From: Octopus vulgaris
Taxonomy: Eukaryota
Length of the DNA: 64,000 nt
Assembly: GCA_951406725.2 (NCBI GenBank)
Contig: OX597830.1
Location: 47,120,001-47,184,000, forward strand
Direction of reading: 5' to 3'
Shown here piece by piece: positions 28,099-42,734 of the stretch. Position 1 is the stretch's first letter; each line of letters starts with the position of its first letter. Position numbers and translations under genes: made by a program. A model generated the notes under the pieces. It was not told the DNA's origin. It did no database searches and was given only the letters and a program-made list of their open reading frames with translations.

Positions 28099-28380
28099 TG
28101 TATGTATGTATGTATGTATGTATGTATGTATATATATAGGCATGTGCAAATTTGTATGTTTTATGTAAGTATTCTCAAACATAATTTCCACAACAGTGCA
28201 CAGTTTCTCTTCTCTATCCCAAACTATTATATCAAGTCTGTTGTGCTTGCATTTTACTGAGGACAATCCACCAATATTCTTTTTTTATTATGAGTGACTA
28301 TGGCTTCTACCATATTGTGCGTTTTTATTTCTTTGTCCTCGGGATTATCCTTCCGACGGATTTCATTATAGAGTGTCCTA
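27940..28380 (-). mobile_element. RLE LINE fragment split by (TATG)n
   Basis: Reads [25 protein letters not shown], then the microsatellite, then [11 protein letters not shown]. This is a PD-(D/E)xK-like RLE region. Confidence 0.7.
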
Positions 28381-28408
28381 CGTATGTATGTATGCATGTA
28401 TGTATATA

Positions 28409-28439
<31 letters not shown>

Positions 28440-29279
28440 ATGTATGTATGTATTTATGTATGTATGTATGTATGTTTGTATGTATGTATGTATGTATGTA
28501 TGCATGCTTGCATATCTGTATATTTAGCACTCTTATTCCCCCATCGTAATCTTCTTTCTATACACGACTGACGAAACGACTAAACTAATCCGTTCAAATC
28601 TGGAAACACTAAAATCTATAATGAAACTAAAAGATAAACTTGAATAAATTCCTTTGTGCTTTGGGGATTAAAATCAAAAGAAATACAAGGGAGGCCGCCA
28701 CGAGGGAGTTTGTATTTTGCCCTCTTTATTTGAATCGTGTACAATGAGGGAAATTAGTTGCTATATCAATATTTCTATCGTTTGGTCAGGAGGGAGAGTA
28801 GTGCCCAATGATTGTTTTCGGGGCATCAGAGGCAAGTAGGGATGAAAGAGAAAGCGATCCTTAAACTTAAAATCTGGTTCGAATGCTTCTAAAAAGGCTC
28901 CTAAAGATCAATGGCGTTGGTAGAATGAGCGACAGAATTCGTCAGCCAGCAGAGGCACTTTAATACTACTTTCTTACAGATGGGTTACATGTCGGACTTT
29001 CTAAACAAAGGCTGGTTATAAGAGATTGAATTAATTTTAGTAGAATTCTAGTGATGATGTTGGCAGGCCAACGGTGGGGGGGGGGAGGGTGCTTGCAGCC
29101 AGATCCCCAGCACAATGACCTCTATCTTCTTTAAAAACTTTAAAAAAATAGTGTTGTTGACATTATAACTGATAAAAAAAAGAATGGAATGGTTACATCT
29201 TAAAGGCATTTGATTATAAGATCTACTCGATGAAGGACGACCTAAAGCATATAACGACAACAACAACTGCGACATCGCT

Positions 29280-29331
<52 letters not shown>

Positions 29332-29335
29332 GCTA

Positions 29336-29565
29336 GGCGGCGAGCTGGCAGAAACGTTAGCGCGCCGGGCGAAATGCTGAGCGGTATTTCGTCTGTCTTT
29401 ACGTTCTGAGTTCAAATTCCGCCGAGGTCGACTTTGCCTTTCATCCTTTCGGGGTCGATAAATAAAGTACCAGTTTCGCACTGGGGTTGATGTAATCGAC
29501 TTAATCCCTTTGTCTGTCATTGTTTGTCCCCTCTATGTTTAGCCCCTTGTGGGTAGTAAAGATAT
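29336..29565 (+). mobile_element. SINE family C copy in (CTA)n/(CTG)n
   Basis: Near-identical to 13801-14032. Its central gtcgactttgcctttcatcctttcggggtcgataaa...agtacc segment resembles conserved Meta/Nin-type SINE domains (from recall). Confidence 0.9.
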
Positions 29566-29566
29566 A

Positions 29567-29654
<88 letters not shown>

Positions 29655-30494
29655 GCTATTGATCCCAGTTAGATGCTGGTCTTATTTGATCTCAGTGGAA
29701 GCTGAACCGAAAACGGTGGAGAAATCGTCCGGCGCTCGACTAAATTCGCAATTCCTCATCACGATGCGAACTGTCAGCGGTTCAGGTTGTTGTTTGCCAT
29801 CTTATCACCGCAATCAGTAACAAGTCGTCTTTATATAGAGACGTACACAGAATAAGATAGAATACGATGAGACGATCGATTAGAAAAGCAAACTGCGCAC
29901 ATCTAAACGGCAGACGGCGTGACTGAGTTTTGCTAAACGGCATTATCGTATGTTGGCTTGTCAAGCGACATAGAATAATGGTCGAAGAATATCATAAACA
30001 TAATCCATGTTACTAGGGAGAACATATTATTCTATATACAATACAGAAATAGTAGCAGAAGACTCTTTGACTCTAAAGTTGAATGATGCTGCTGTTACCT
30101 GAGTCGAGGATATAAATTTTCACTTGAATGACGAATGGAGGTTGGCAAAAAAAAAGAAAAAGTTAAGGCCATTGCGAAGCAGTAAAATGAGAAGAGTGGT
30201 TCGTAAGAATAGCATGACTTGGTAGCAAGAACTAGAAAAAGAAAGAAAGGAAAAAGAAAGAAATTTATGTGGCATAAATATCTTGCTTAAAATAAACTCT
30301 TATAGAGCTACCGATAAACAACCAAAATCTATTGATTAGCTTCAGTACTTTGGCGCTGTGTGTTTATTTTTCTTCTTTTTTTACCATCTATCACTTATGG
30401 TAGATCGTAGGAGTGTTTCAATTTTACAGATGTGGGTATTTCTAACTAAATGGATGGGATGTGCACGAAGAATTCCAAATGTAGACTTTCTAGC

Positions 30495-30562
<68 letters not shown>

Positions 30563-30879
30563 TATCTGTGTGTATGTATATATATATATAGACATGCACG
30601 CACGCTCACACACACACACACACACGCACACACACACTCACACACACACACACGTTGAATAAAAAAATCTATTTGGATTGTCTTTCAGGTTACGTTCGAA
30701 TAAACATTCCCCGTCCGACATAAAAGCTCCTCAAATTTCATCGGATCTTTTACAGCCGCCCTTTGTGTCACTCCTGACTACAGCCTACAGATTTGCCCCA
30801 TTCTTCTGTTGCCACCATTTTGAACTAAGTATAAGTGATTGTGTAACAGTCTATAAATATCTCGGGAAGCTGTTATGGC

Positions 30880-31200
30880 TGACCTAGTACTTCTAATCGC
30901 AATTACTTTTAGGTTTGGTTTCATTTCCTTTCTGTAGCGACATTTTAAATTCAGAATGGTTGAGATCAAACCATTCTTGTTTCCGATTCCACTAAAACTT
31001 CTCAAAAGCAATTTCATTCTTGTCGTACATGTCTGTCAATCAAAAGACCACTTCTGGTTGATCATCAGATCTTCCTGCATATTTCGTTGGGCAAGTTCCT
31101 CTTTCATCTTTGTTTCATTGTTTTCTAATTTCCCCTTGTGACTGACAGTTTGAAGAGTTTCTCTGTGTAGCTTAACAGGTTTGGTATGCCGTGCTCTTTT
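30880..31200 (-). mobile_element. Decayed RTE-clade LINE fragment
   Basis: Minus strand gives RKQEWFDLNHSE, similar to the RTE/BovB HQDWFDEN motif; frameshifted. Confidence 0.45.
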
Positions 31201-31249
31201 ATACTTTTGGTGTGAAAGTAACTTCAGAACTTAAAATCAAAACTTCGGA

Positions 31250-31465
31250 AGGCGGCGATCTGCCAGAAACATTAGCAATCCGGACAAAATACTAAGCAGC
31301 ATTTCGTTCGTCTTTACGCTCTGAGCTCAAATTCTGCTGGGGTAGACTTTGCTTTTCATGCTCTCAGGGTCGATAAAAAAAGTACCAGTTGATCACTGAG
31401 GTCAATGCAATCGACTTACACCCACACCGAAATCGCTGACTTCGTACCAGTGTTTGAAACCGGTA
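31250..31465 (+). mobile_element. SINE family C copy
   Basis: Diverged match to 29336-29500. Confidence 0.8.
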
Positions 31466-31747
31466 TCAAATGTTCGGTCCAGTAATGTGCATCTTTGCCT
31501 TGCTATTGTGCCAAGACAGAATATTATGGCGGTGCTTCTTTTAAGACAGTTAGATGCTGCTTGAGGGAAATTTGACTGCTATTTCTGACAGGTTAAGAAA
31601 CCGTATGTCTTTGCCTTTGTCAACCCAATGTTAATCGTATGATCAATCATTTCATTTGAAGCAATATATAATTTTTTTTGTTTCTTCCTTCGGCGTCACT
31701 TCATCAGACAGCCTACAGCTCTTGATTATATAACAAAAATCTTGACC

Positions 31748-32105
31748 AGGCGTGGCTGTGTGGTTAAGAAGCTCGCTTTGCAACCTTGTGGTTTCAGGCT
31801 CAGTCCCACTCCCTGCTACATTGGGTGTCTTCAACTATAGTCCAGGGGAAACCAATGCTTTGTGAGAGAATTCAGTAGACGGAAACTGTGTGGAAGCCCG
31901 TCATAAATATGTGTGTGTCTTCGTTTTTGTCCCTATGTCGGTGACGGATTGTTTACATTCCCATAAGTAAGCGCTTCGGCAAAAGACCCGATAGAATAAA
32001 TACCATACTTAAAAACAAGGGTTGACTTATTCGCCTAAGTCCTTCAATGTAGTCAGCCAGCATGGGCGCAGTCCAGTGATTGAACAAACATGAGAATAAA
32101 ATAAA
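31748..32105 (+). mobile_element. SINE family A copy
   Basis: ggcgtggctgtgtggttaagaagc...cagtcccac...actatagtcc; colinear with 56848-57290. Confidence 0.8.
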
Positions 32106-32883
32106 AATCAAATAGAAGAATGTTATATCAAAATAATGAATGTCTTCGTTCGGAGGAGATGCATCAGATTTCGGGTGAATGGTCAATTGTAGAAGTACAA
32201 CTGAACATCGCACATAAGAAACTACAGGAGCAGAAAGTTCTAAGTATTTGCGACTCTTGCTTATTCTTATCTGGTAAGGAAGTACAATTCCTTCAGCACG
32301 TTCGAAAGCAGACCATTCCAATGAGAAGTAAACACAAGGTAAATCACAAGAAAACAAATATGCGAATTAATGTAGACTTACCATGTATTCAATATTTCGG
32401 GGTTATGACCCCATTTTCAAGATATGCGCACATCAGCAACATCGATATTCCTCCCTGTGCCTGATAAATCTTATGTCCCGGCCATAAGGCCAAACTTCCA
32501 CACACGCCACCTTAATTTAATTCGTCCTTAGTCGAAAGACACCTGCTGTTATGTGCTGTCATTTGCATTTGTATTTGTGTAACATTTCTACATTTTTTCC
32601 GTCCATGTTTTTGTACAATTCGCTTTCTTCCAAGGAATCTAATGCTCTTAGCTTAGTTTTTTCCTTGGGGCCGGCCATATCGGAGCAATCTCGAGTATAA
32701 CCAGCCGAAATTACAAAGATAATCAGGAAGTCGACTTAGGAAAGAAAATTCCGAATGACCCGTGCTTGCTTTCTTTGTATCGTCTGTCTAGATGTTTTGC
32801 ATTCTTGTCCCATTTTTGTATTTTATATATATAAATGTATATATACACACATACACATACACACATATATATATGAATGTATG

Positions 32884-32983
<100 letters not shown>

Positions 32984-32984
32984 A

Positions 32985-34078
32985 AAGTTTGTTTGGTAAA
33001 GCACGTGGGTGAATATATAAGAAAATAGTAAAGAGTGAAAAAACGACAGAAGGCTTAAATGTTAAAAAATATATATATTTGTGTCAAAATGTCTGGAGAA
33101 TATTGTAAAATTTTTTTCCTCCTTAAAATGACATAATTTTATAATTTTTAAAGAAATACTGGTTTCGCAGTTAGCTCTTCAAATTTCTTGTGACTTAATG
33201 TTTATTTTTAATAACGTAATCCTTGTATTTTTGCTACGGAGAGTTCTAAATAAGGGAAAGTAGTGAGTGATTTCTTCCGGTGTAAGGGAGATAATCGCTT
33301 AAAAATTTTTTCCTTTAGTGTGAATTTCTCTGTATTATTGAGTTCGGATAGTTGAGTCTGGGTTTGTACTTTTCAATGAAGAATGTTTCCTTATTTAGTC
33401 TAATTTGTGATGATGATCCGAAAGCACATTGGTAAAATAGAAAGATTAAAAATTGTGGTTATAGTTGCTTTGCGCATTTCTCAATGTGCTCACTAAAAGG
33501 TATCATTCTATATTCTGGGAATGCAATCTGTTGTCGATGCAGTGTGCATCTACGTCTGAGTGATAGTCCCGTGGACCCCACGTAGTCTTGGTGGCAGCCC
33601 GAGCATTTAATGACATAAATTATGTTTTCAGAGGCACAAGTAAAGTTAGATTTGATCTTGAATTTCTGTCCCTCTTTAAAGAAGAATTCTGATCCTTCCA
33701 ATAGGTTAGGACATGTTGCACAGTTCGATCTACCACACTTTTTTACTTTTGCATCCGTAATTTTAGAAGACAATTTTGCCTTTGTGAGAATCTTTTTAAG
33801 TGATTTAGGCTGTTTGTAGCTTTTAATGATTTGGTGTATGTTTAGAATCAACATAGAAACTTTAAGAAAAGTTCAACACAACAACACACCTTCCCCGAAA
33901 ATACTACCTTACATATCTACATACAACCCCAGAAACAAAGAAGCTTTCACCATCATCACCCAGAATTTACCAATACTTCATAAAAACCCCAAATTAAAGG
34001 AAATTCTAAACATACACCAAATCATTAAAAGCTACAAACAGCCTAAATCACTTAAAAAGATTCTCACAAAGGCAAAAT
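32985..34078 (-). mobile_element. Penelope-like element 3' fragment (GIY-YIG endonuclease) with an inverted 5' segment
   Basis: ORF 33459-33854 reads CGRSNCATC...FTCASENIIYVIKCSGCHQDYVGST...LHRQQI (GIY-YIG with Cys-rich linker). The upstream coding part lies on + at about 33849-34078, and a degenerate hammerhead is at about 33152-33188. Confidence 0.92.
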
Positions 34079-34280
34079 ATTTTTGATAGTTTTCATTTGT
34101 CCTGCTCGCTTACGTTCATAGTGTGCTAAATTTTTCTTGAGAACAATTCTGAGTGGTTGAGACTCATGCGGATCTCTCTTTAGCGTAAGTGCGTCCATAT
34201 AGTGGATTCTCTCATATTTATATATATATGTATGTATGTATATTTATGTATGTATGTATGTATGTATGTATGTACGTATG

Positions 34281-34312
<32 letters not shown>

Positions 34313-34314
34313 CG

Positions 34315-34685
<371 letters not shown>

Positions 34686-35159
34686 CTTTGTATATATCAG
34701 CTAAAATTACTGACGAAGTCTCTTATATGCGTTAACTTCTTTTGGCGATTATTTTTAGATGTTAAACATCCAAAAACCCCGTTTTCGGCAGCTAAGTAGA
34801 TAATCTCATTTGATATAAGTGCTTTTTCAACTCACTTTATTGCAAATATGACATCTTTTTGTACGTCTATTTATTATGCAGAATGCTGCCCTGAGGAATT
34901 TTCTCTCTGCCAAATTATTCATATTTCCAACGACTGCTTCTAAGGACGTTTGGTAATGGACAAAGTGTCCGTTACAAACAGTTCCACTGCTAAAACCTCT
35001 GATATCTCTTACATTAACAATATAATCAGCATTTAGAGTGGAGGGACATTTAAATTGAAACATTCTTCAGTTTCGAAACTTTATTTATAACCAGAGCGCT
35101 TCAGCAGGCGTCAACCTGTTGCTCAAGTGACAATGACCCGCGTTAATCTGGCCTAGTAA

Positions 35160-35399
35160 TCTTATCTTTATTCTCTCATTTGTTTCAGTCGTAAGACTGC
35201 GGCCATGCTGGGGCACCACCTTGAAGAATTTTTAATCGAATGAATCTCCTCCGTACTTGTTTTATTTTAAGGCTTGTACTTATTCTATCGGTCTCTTTTT
35301 GCCGAACCGTTAAGTTACAGGGACGTAGACACACCAATACAGTTTGTCGAGCGGGAATAAACACAGATACAAAGACACACACACACACACACACACACA

Positions 35400-35454
<55 letters not shown>

Positions 35455-35600
35455 GACAGGCTTCTTTTAGTTTCCTTCTACCAAATCCATTCACAAGGTT
35501 TTGGTGACCCGAGGCTACACCAGGAGACACTTACCCATGGTTCCACGCAGCGGAACTGAACCCAGGACCATGGGAACTTCTTACCGCAGCTCCGCCTGTC
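35160..35600 (-). mobile_element. SINE family A copy
   Basis: Reverse-complement similarity to 56848-57290, with internal (CA)n(TA)n. Confidence 0.85.
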
Positions 35601-35904
35601 TAACGAAATAAAATCACATAATTTTTTTGCCACGTAGACAAAGATTTCGGTCAACTTTAAATGGTCCACCAACGTTGATTCACTGCAATCTGTTGCTTAC
35701 CAATACTCCAGATGGTTGCAGCCGAGCTTTATAAAAATGAACAAAACTAATCAGATATAAAACGGAAAATAAAATTTTAGTATTTTGTCTTGCATTCTCT
35801 TAGAAAACATCCTCTTTGTTTTTAACAAACCGAAATGAATTATTTTCCCAAATCAGAAATTTTTTTTCCATTGGCTATTACAATATTCTTTGTTTTTCTC
35901 TCCT

Positions 35905-35979
<75 letters not shown>

Positions 35980-36663
35980 GCGCATGCAGTAAGAAAGGAA
36001 AAGAAATTCAGAAAATATCGAACTGTCTTTGGTCTTCTCATTGAAAAGATGTGCCTCTATGCAAAATTCCATCTAATTAGGTGTAAAACTGTTGAGTAAA
36101 ACTTGAAAATATGCAAGCTTTCACTGTAGTAAACTTCGACTACAATACATCTGTATGTGAACGTGCCCCAGTTGCAAGAGACTAGAAAGATAGATTAATT
36201 AAAATCACAGCCGCAACCAAATGATGAAATTCACTAAACACTCCATACAACTTTTAGCAGATGCCAAAAGCTTCTCTCGCTTCACTCCATTTGCCGATTC
36301 AGCTTGAGATTCACATCTTTGCATGTGTTATAACCACTTGTAACAACTTTTCTCTTATTACAGCAAGTTTCCCTGCGATATTCTATTCATGTTCAGGGCC
36401 TTCTCTTGACACTTTATCTAGTAAAGTTTCTGTTATATTTATTCATTTCCTTTCACATTATTGATTTCGTTGTTTCACTATAACTTACCACCTTACGTTA
36501 ATTCAACAATGCTGCAAGCAAACTAGTCTGAAATGCTCTGATACATGCATGCATGCATGCATACATACATACCTACATACATACCTACATACATACATAC
36601 ATATGCATATATATGTGTGTCTGTGTGTGTGTATGTGTACATATATATGCATACATGTATGTG

Positions 36664-36715
<52 letters not shown>

Positions 36716-36771
36716 CATGCACAACAAATATATAAACGTATGTATATATGTATATATATATATGAACATAT

Positions 36772-36810
<39 letters not shown>

Positions 36811-36986
36811 TACATACACACGCACATATATATATATACATATGTGTATCTATATAAATATATATTTATACATATATGCATACATACATATATACATATA
36901 TATACAAATCAGGATACTTTACTTGAAGCATTGTTATCTCTCTCTTTCACTCTCTACATATATATATATATATAAATCTGTGTGTG

Positions 36987-37028
<42 letters not shown>

Positions 37029-37079
37029 TATACGTGTATATATATAGAGAGATAGATATATATATATATGTATATATAA

Positions 37080-37148
<69 letters not shown>

Positions 37149-37218
37149 CAGGGTACTTTACTTGAAGCATATTGTTATCTCTTTCTGTATCTCTCTCTCT
37201 TTCTCTCTCAATATATAT

Positions 37219-37284
<66 letters not shown>

Positions 37285-37661
37285 GCACTCTCCTACGTTG
37301 GACAAACACCTGCGTACATAAAAAAACTCACACAAAAGTGATTCATTAGCAGCTGGTCTAAATCGCACCCATAGGCTACCAAGAGAAGAGATGTATAAAA
37401 CCAATAATATTGTTAACTAAATTAAAAATAATAAATCAGTGTGTCGACATATTGGCGACTGCTAGAAGAGAAAGAGAAGCAATTAATATTATTGTTCCAT
37501 TTCGGAATTTTCAACTAATTCCACTGATTTATTTCCTTGCTTTGTATTTTCTCACTTTCTAGAACGAATTTTTACAGGGGTAATTCTCTCATTAACCTAC
37601 AGAACAGACATCACAATGTCTGTTTTATCTCTATCTTCACTGCAATTCAGTAAATAGAATG

Positions 37662-37757
<96 letters not shown>

Positions 37758-39791
37758 TACTATTATATGATAACAAGATTTTACAGAAATTATGGCGGTT
37801 TGTGTCAGCAAGAGTCAATTCAATAAAAGAAAATTGTATCAACCGATTTGCTACGAAGAGAGAAAATATTGTAAGTTATGGACGATCCTCGTCATCTCAG
37901 GATTTTACTGGTTTACAAGTTAACTGTTCCAATCACATATTTGAACAAACGGCCTTTAAACTGTCTCTCAATCTACTAGATATAACAACCTAATCTCCTC
38001 TATATCCCAGTCGATGCAATATCGGCTGCCAACAGGTCAGTGAAACTACAGTTATCACCATTATGTTCCAGTGTTACATTTGCATCATCAGGTAACTTCA
38101 AACGAAATGAATTTGTTAATATTTGGTCTCTGATATAAGCAGAAGAGTTCTAATTTAGGCGTGGAGTACAGTCGATTACACTGGTTCCTCTGTACTTTAT
38201 TTTATCGACCTTGGAAGGAGGAAACGTAAAGACGATACCAGTACGACTCAGAGGTCCACTCTACCTTTTACCGTTCCTGAATCGATAAAATAATGACCCA
38301 ATCAAATAATTTAATCAACCACACGGTCTTTACTCTTGTGCTGATATTAGAAACGCAAAATATTGGTCAGTGATATTAAGAAGGTCAAACGATCAAGCTT
38401 TACAGCAAGCAGAACTGAAATAACCTAAGTGAAGCGGTAAATAACCGCTCGACTTGCTTTAAATGGCAGCTAATTCGCCCTCAAATGACACAATCATTTG
38501 AAAAAGAGCATATTTGATGATATAGTCCTAGATACAGTCTACCTAGAAAACATAAGACTGGGTCGTCACAGTAAGAAAGCCTTTTCATCGTAAATTAACG
38601 TAGGACGTGTACTATTACACGTTTGACAGCGAACTCCGCCACCCTGAGCTATTTGCTAATGGCTATTTGGGTTGTCACTGATACACGAACTCCACCGACG
38701 TATAGACGCCGGACCGCTGAGATTGTTCATTTATTTTGGGTACGGGCGCCACATCTCCGACAAACGTTTCTAGTTCTTTCCCGATCCTAAACACGAAGGA
38801 TCCGACCCCGTTCAGATGGGTTACGAACTCTGAGTCCGTCGACGGCATACGTAGCGCGAACGCGACGTCTTCTTATTTCTGGCGTCAGGCTGGAGCCTGC
38901 CATGTTAATGCGGTCGACACGTCGGAAAGAAACTTCTGTGCCTGTTCCGTTAGAAGACATTTGGTCGTCTTTCATTTATAGCCCGCTAAAACTGTTGTAA
39001 GAAATACTCGAGGCTCTCTAGACAAAGACACAACGGGTGTCTGCTGAGTTTCAGAAGCCAATTTTCACCCACAAGATATCGATCGGAATCTATAAGACAT
39101 GCAATAGAATCGAATTTAGAATCACGGTTGTTGTAAAGCATACTTCTTTATTACACAGCCTGCAGATAACTTCAAACGAGATTTTCCAGCGTGCAGAACA
39201 TTCCAAAACATTTTTTTTTTTTTTTACAGTATTGTCAAAGTTGTATAAGTTTATGTCTGTTTGATATTAGGAAGGAAAATGATTCTTGCTGCAACTCGAT
39301 CAATCTTTCTCCCCGGTTCATGTTTCATTCATTCATGCATACATACATAGGTAATAAGAGATTGGCAGACGCAGAGCTTCGTGTTGTTCTCTTCCAGAAA
39401 AAAAAAGAAAAACAAACAGGGAAAACGAAATAAGAAAACGAGAGAAAGAATCGCTTGAGAATGAAAAAATTATATCCATAAAGATTTAAGAGAATTTAAA
39501 TATTCAACGCTTGATTAACACACACACACACACATACATACATATAACATTATATATTTATATATTCATATGTATATAACATTACATACATGTATATAAA
39601 CATATATCTTTATCTATCTCCCTTTACTCTCTCTCAAGATATAAACGCACACGCATGCACACACTCAGATAATGACATTCATATATATATATATGATTGT
39701 CATCAACTGAGCAGATTAATGTTTACCAGTCGTTTGCCTATCTATACATTTATTTTATTCTATGTGTATGTGTGTGTATGTGTGTGTGTAT

Positions 39792-39822
<31 letters not shown>

Positions 39823-40281
39823 CATTGTTATTTAAAACAGTTCCATTCGGTTCCATGCGATTTTTGAGCTTCACAGGTTTCTAGCAGAAACCTGGCTAGT
39901 TCAGGTTCATATTTTACATTTTAGAGGGAGACAGTGTGAGAGAGACAGAAGAGAATGTTTGTTGTTTGTTTGGGTAGACAGGACTTCATCCTCTCCCGGC
40001 GGCCGCCAGTGGAAGTGATTAGCTGAAATATTTGCGCCCTTGCTCTCAGAATTCCTAAATATGTCCCCAATTTTATCAGATCCCAAAGTAACCGATTCTT
40101 CTGGTGATAGGAAGCAGCATTTTAATGCAGAACACTTAACACCCAAAGCGTTTACTGTAAACTATCTTGTCTGCCACCCTTGCGCCTCACCAATCAACCC
40201 CTAATTGAATGGTAGTTTATTCATCGACCCCGATTGGACGAATGGCATTTTACGTATATATCAAATATATTATATACACTT

Positions 40282-40314
<33 letters not shown>

Positions 40315-40622
40315 AAATGAGATAAACAGGCTTTAATTACAAATCACAAGAATTGTTCCTGTTCAGTGGTAACAGCTATTAATTACTGAGTCCACGATAT
40401 CATACACAAATCAATTTATAAATAGTCACATAAATGTGATCTAACAACTGTGCTGGCGCATCATCAGGTGAGTAGCTTTGATGACACTTCTGGATCAAGT
40501 TCAGCTTTTCATCGTTTCATACACCTTTCCAGTAAAATTGCACAGTATAATAGCACAAGGTAGCCGATAACCGCAAAGGAGCTTTGAAAGGCACGTTATG
40601 AAGTTATTACACAGATGCTACT

Positions 40623-40717
<95 letters not shown>

Positions 40718-41669
40718 CACACACACACACACGCACGCACACATAATGTCTGTGCATGCTTAATGCTCACGCAGAATATTTTCAAGAGAACTTTACACAA
40801 CAGAAAAACTTGTGCTTATGATTTCATGATACTCTAGAAAGATAGAAGACATGCACAGGTAGACGGAGCGAAAATCAGAAAGAGACACCGATTGTTACGA
40901 GCACGGACGAGTACTCGTGTATGTTTGATGTTTGTATACCGTGTGCATAGAAATAAGTGTGTATAGATGGAATCTAGAAATACTTGGAATGGATATTGAA
41001 ATTGCCATATTCAGTGTATAGTAATTCAACCGAATTTACTTGGCATATATGAATCGGTCGTGCAATGAACGAAGCAAAATTACGATTTAATTTTGTGGAA
41101 ATTATGCACAAACTGCACATAGTATATAATATGTATATTAAAGAGAAAAGAGGGGAAAACATACGACCACATTAATCAACCGGTTATCTGTGCAAATGAA
41201 GCATCGTTGGTTATTTTTAAAGTTGATTTATAAAGTGGAAAGAACGTAAAATTTGTTGACGGAGGAGAGAGAAAGAAAAAATAAAACTTTTAAGTAATCG
41301 ATGCCAATACATGGCTAAGCCAATCGTGGAAGGATGAAAAATTAAAACCACCGGAGAGATTGGTTAGCTGCCAATTTCTCCATCCTGAAAACAGAGGCTA
41401 GATTTACGGTTATACTTATATGTCCACGCTACTGGTTGTATATTCTTGACTTTCTGCACATTACATTTGCCAACAATGCAACTATCACGTAATTCTGAGC
41501 CCCTAGAAACAACTGTAGGACCTGAAATACGATACCCTTTCCCCTGAAAGACCACGTCCTCTCTGTATCTTTTGTTCTCTATGTAAATCTGTTCTGTAAA
41601 TATATATATATGTTTAGGATTAGACTTGAATGTCTATCTTCAGTTTTTGTTTCTCATATCCGCTGCTGA

Positions 41670-41856
41670 TGACTTTTTTTTTGACGAACAAGATGAAAGC
41701 TTCTTCTCTGATGGGATCCAAGCACTGCAACACCGATAAAAGAAGCGTGTGGATCGCAAGAGGTGGGGGTATTATGTTGCAAAATAAGCCTCGTTTGGCC
41801 ACATTCGATGAAAGTATCTTGGTCAACCTATGAACGTTTCAGCCGAGTCTCGTATA
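41670..41856 (+). mobile_element. Mariner (Tc1/mariner) transposon 3' end relic
   Basis: Reads FFDEQDESFFSDGIQALQHR*KKRVDR..(G.)YVAK*, matching the mariner C-terminal F..GI..L..RW.KC....G.YVE motif, and ends with TIR-like ...cagccgagtctcgTA. Confidence 0.7.
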
Positions 41857-42734
41857 TGTGTATCTCACTATATAAAATGTATCAAAGCGTGTCCCTAGTC
41901 GTTGGGCGTGGGTTTGGCTGGTAGCGCGCTGATAGTTCGCATACAGATCCATCTTTTCAACATAAAGGTCATACACCATGTTAGGTTTTCTCATACGTGC
42001 AATGCCCATAGAAAAGCTAAGACAATTGTGTACGCTAAAGCACTACGAACAACAATGGAGAAATTTACTGATTAAGGAAAAATAATAAATCTGGTGGATT
42101 GACTTAAATTTGTGCAACATTTTGAAACAGTTGTTTTTCGCAGAAAATGAAGAAAATAAGTGAAAATAAATTTTCACGTCGGATCCTACAATCGTTTATG
42201 TCATTGATCTTTCATATTCATTAGTCATTTGTCTACTATAATCATTTCTGTTCTTAGTCATTTATAGTCTTATATACATTTTACGAGGTTCGACTTGAAC
42301 CCATTCTGGAATGCCAGGAAGCGTAAATTTCGAGTGAATCACCATTCTTGGATCAAATGAAAATGATAAACATTTGTTTTTTTTTTAATTAATTTACCCT
42401 AACGATAGTAAATTCATGTAATTGTATTTATTTTAGGTATCAATAGATGTAGGCAAGTCGGCTGCTTTCAAGTTTTCGTTTTAAAAGACAAGATCCACTC
42501 CTAGTTGAATTGATTTTAGTTTCTAAGCATTTCGATTCTTTGTTGTTATTGGTACAACATGTAGTTTTTGTTTTTTTCCAGTTTTGAAATATCTTCTGAG
42601 GGTGTTTTGTATTCTAATTGCAAGAATGATTTCAGGGAATCGCAGTTTTACAACTCGCTACATTACCTACGTCATTCTCGACATGAGAGAGAGAAAGAAA
42701 GAGAGAAAGAAAAAGAGAGAGAGAAAGAAAGAGT

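Noticed and set aside
34827-35063. ORF with a gtgagt donor and faint resemblance to a protease N-terminus
   Set aside because: Lacks AAHC and CGG motifs and a clear acceptor, and it is in the wrong position relative to the other exons.
41364-41555. Minus-strand 63-aa ORF with two acceptor-like sites as a nested exon
   Set aside because: No homology or linked exons can be recognised.
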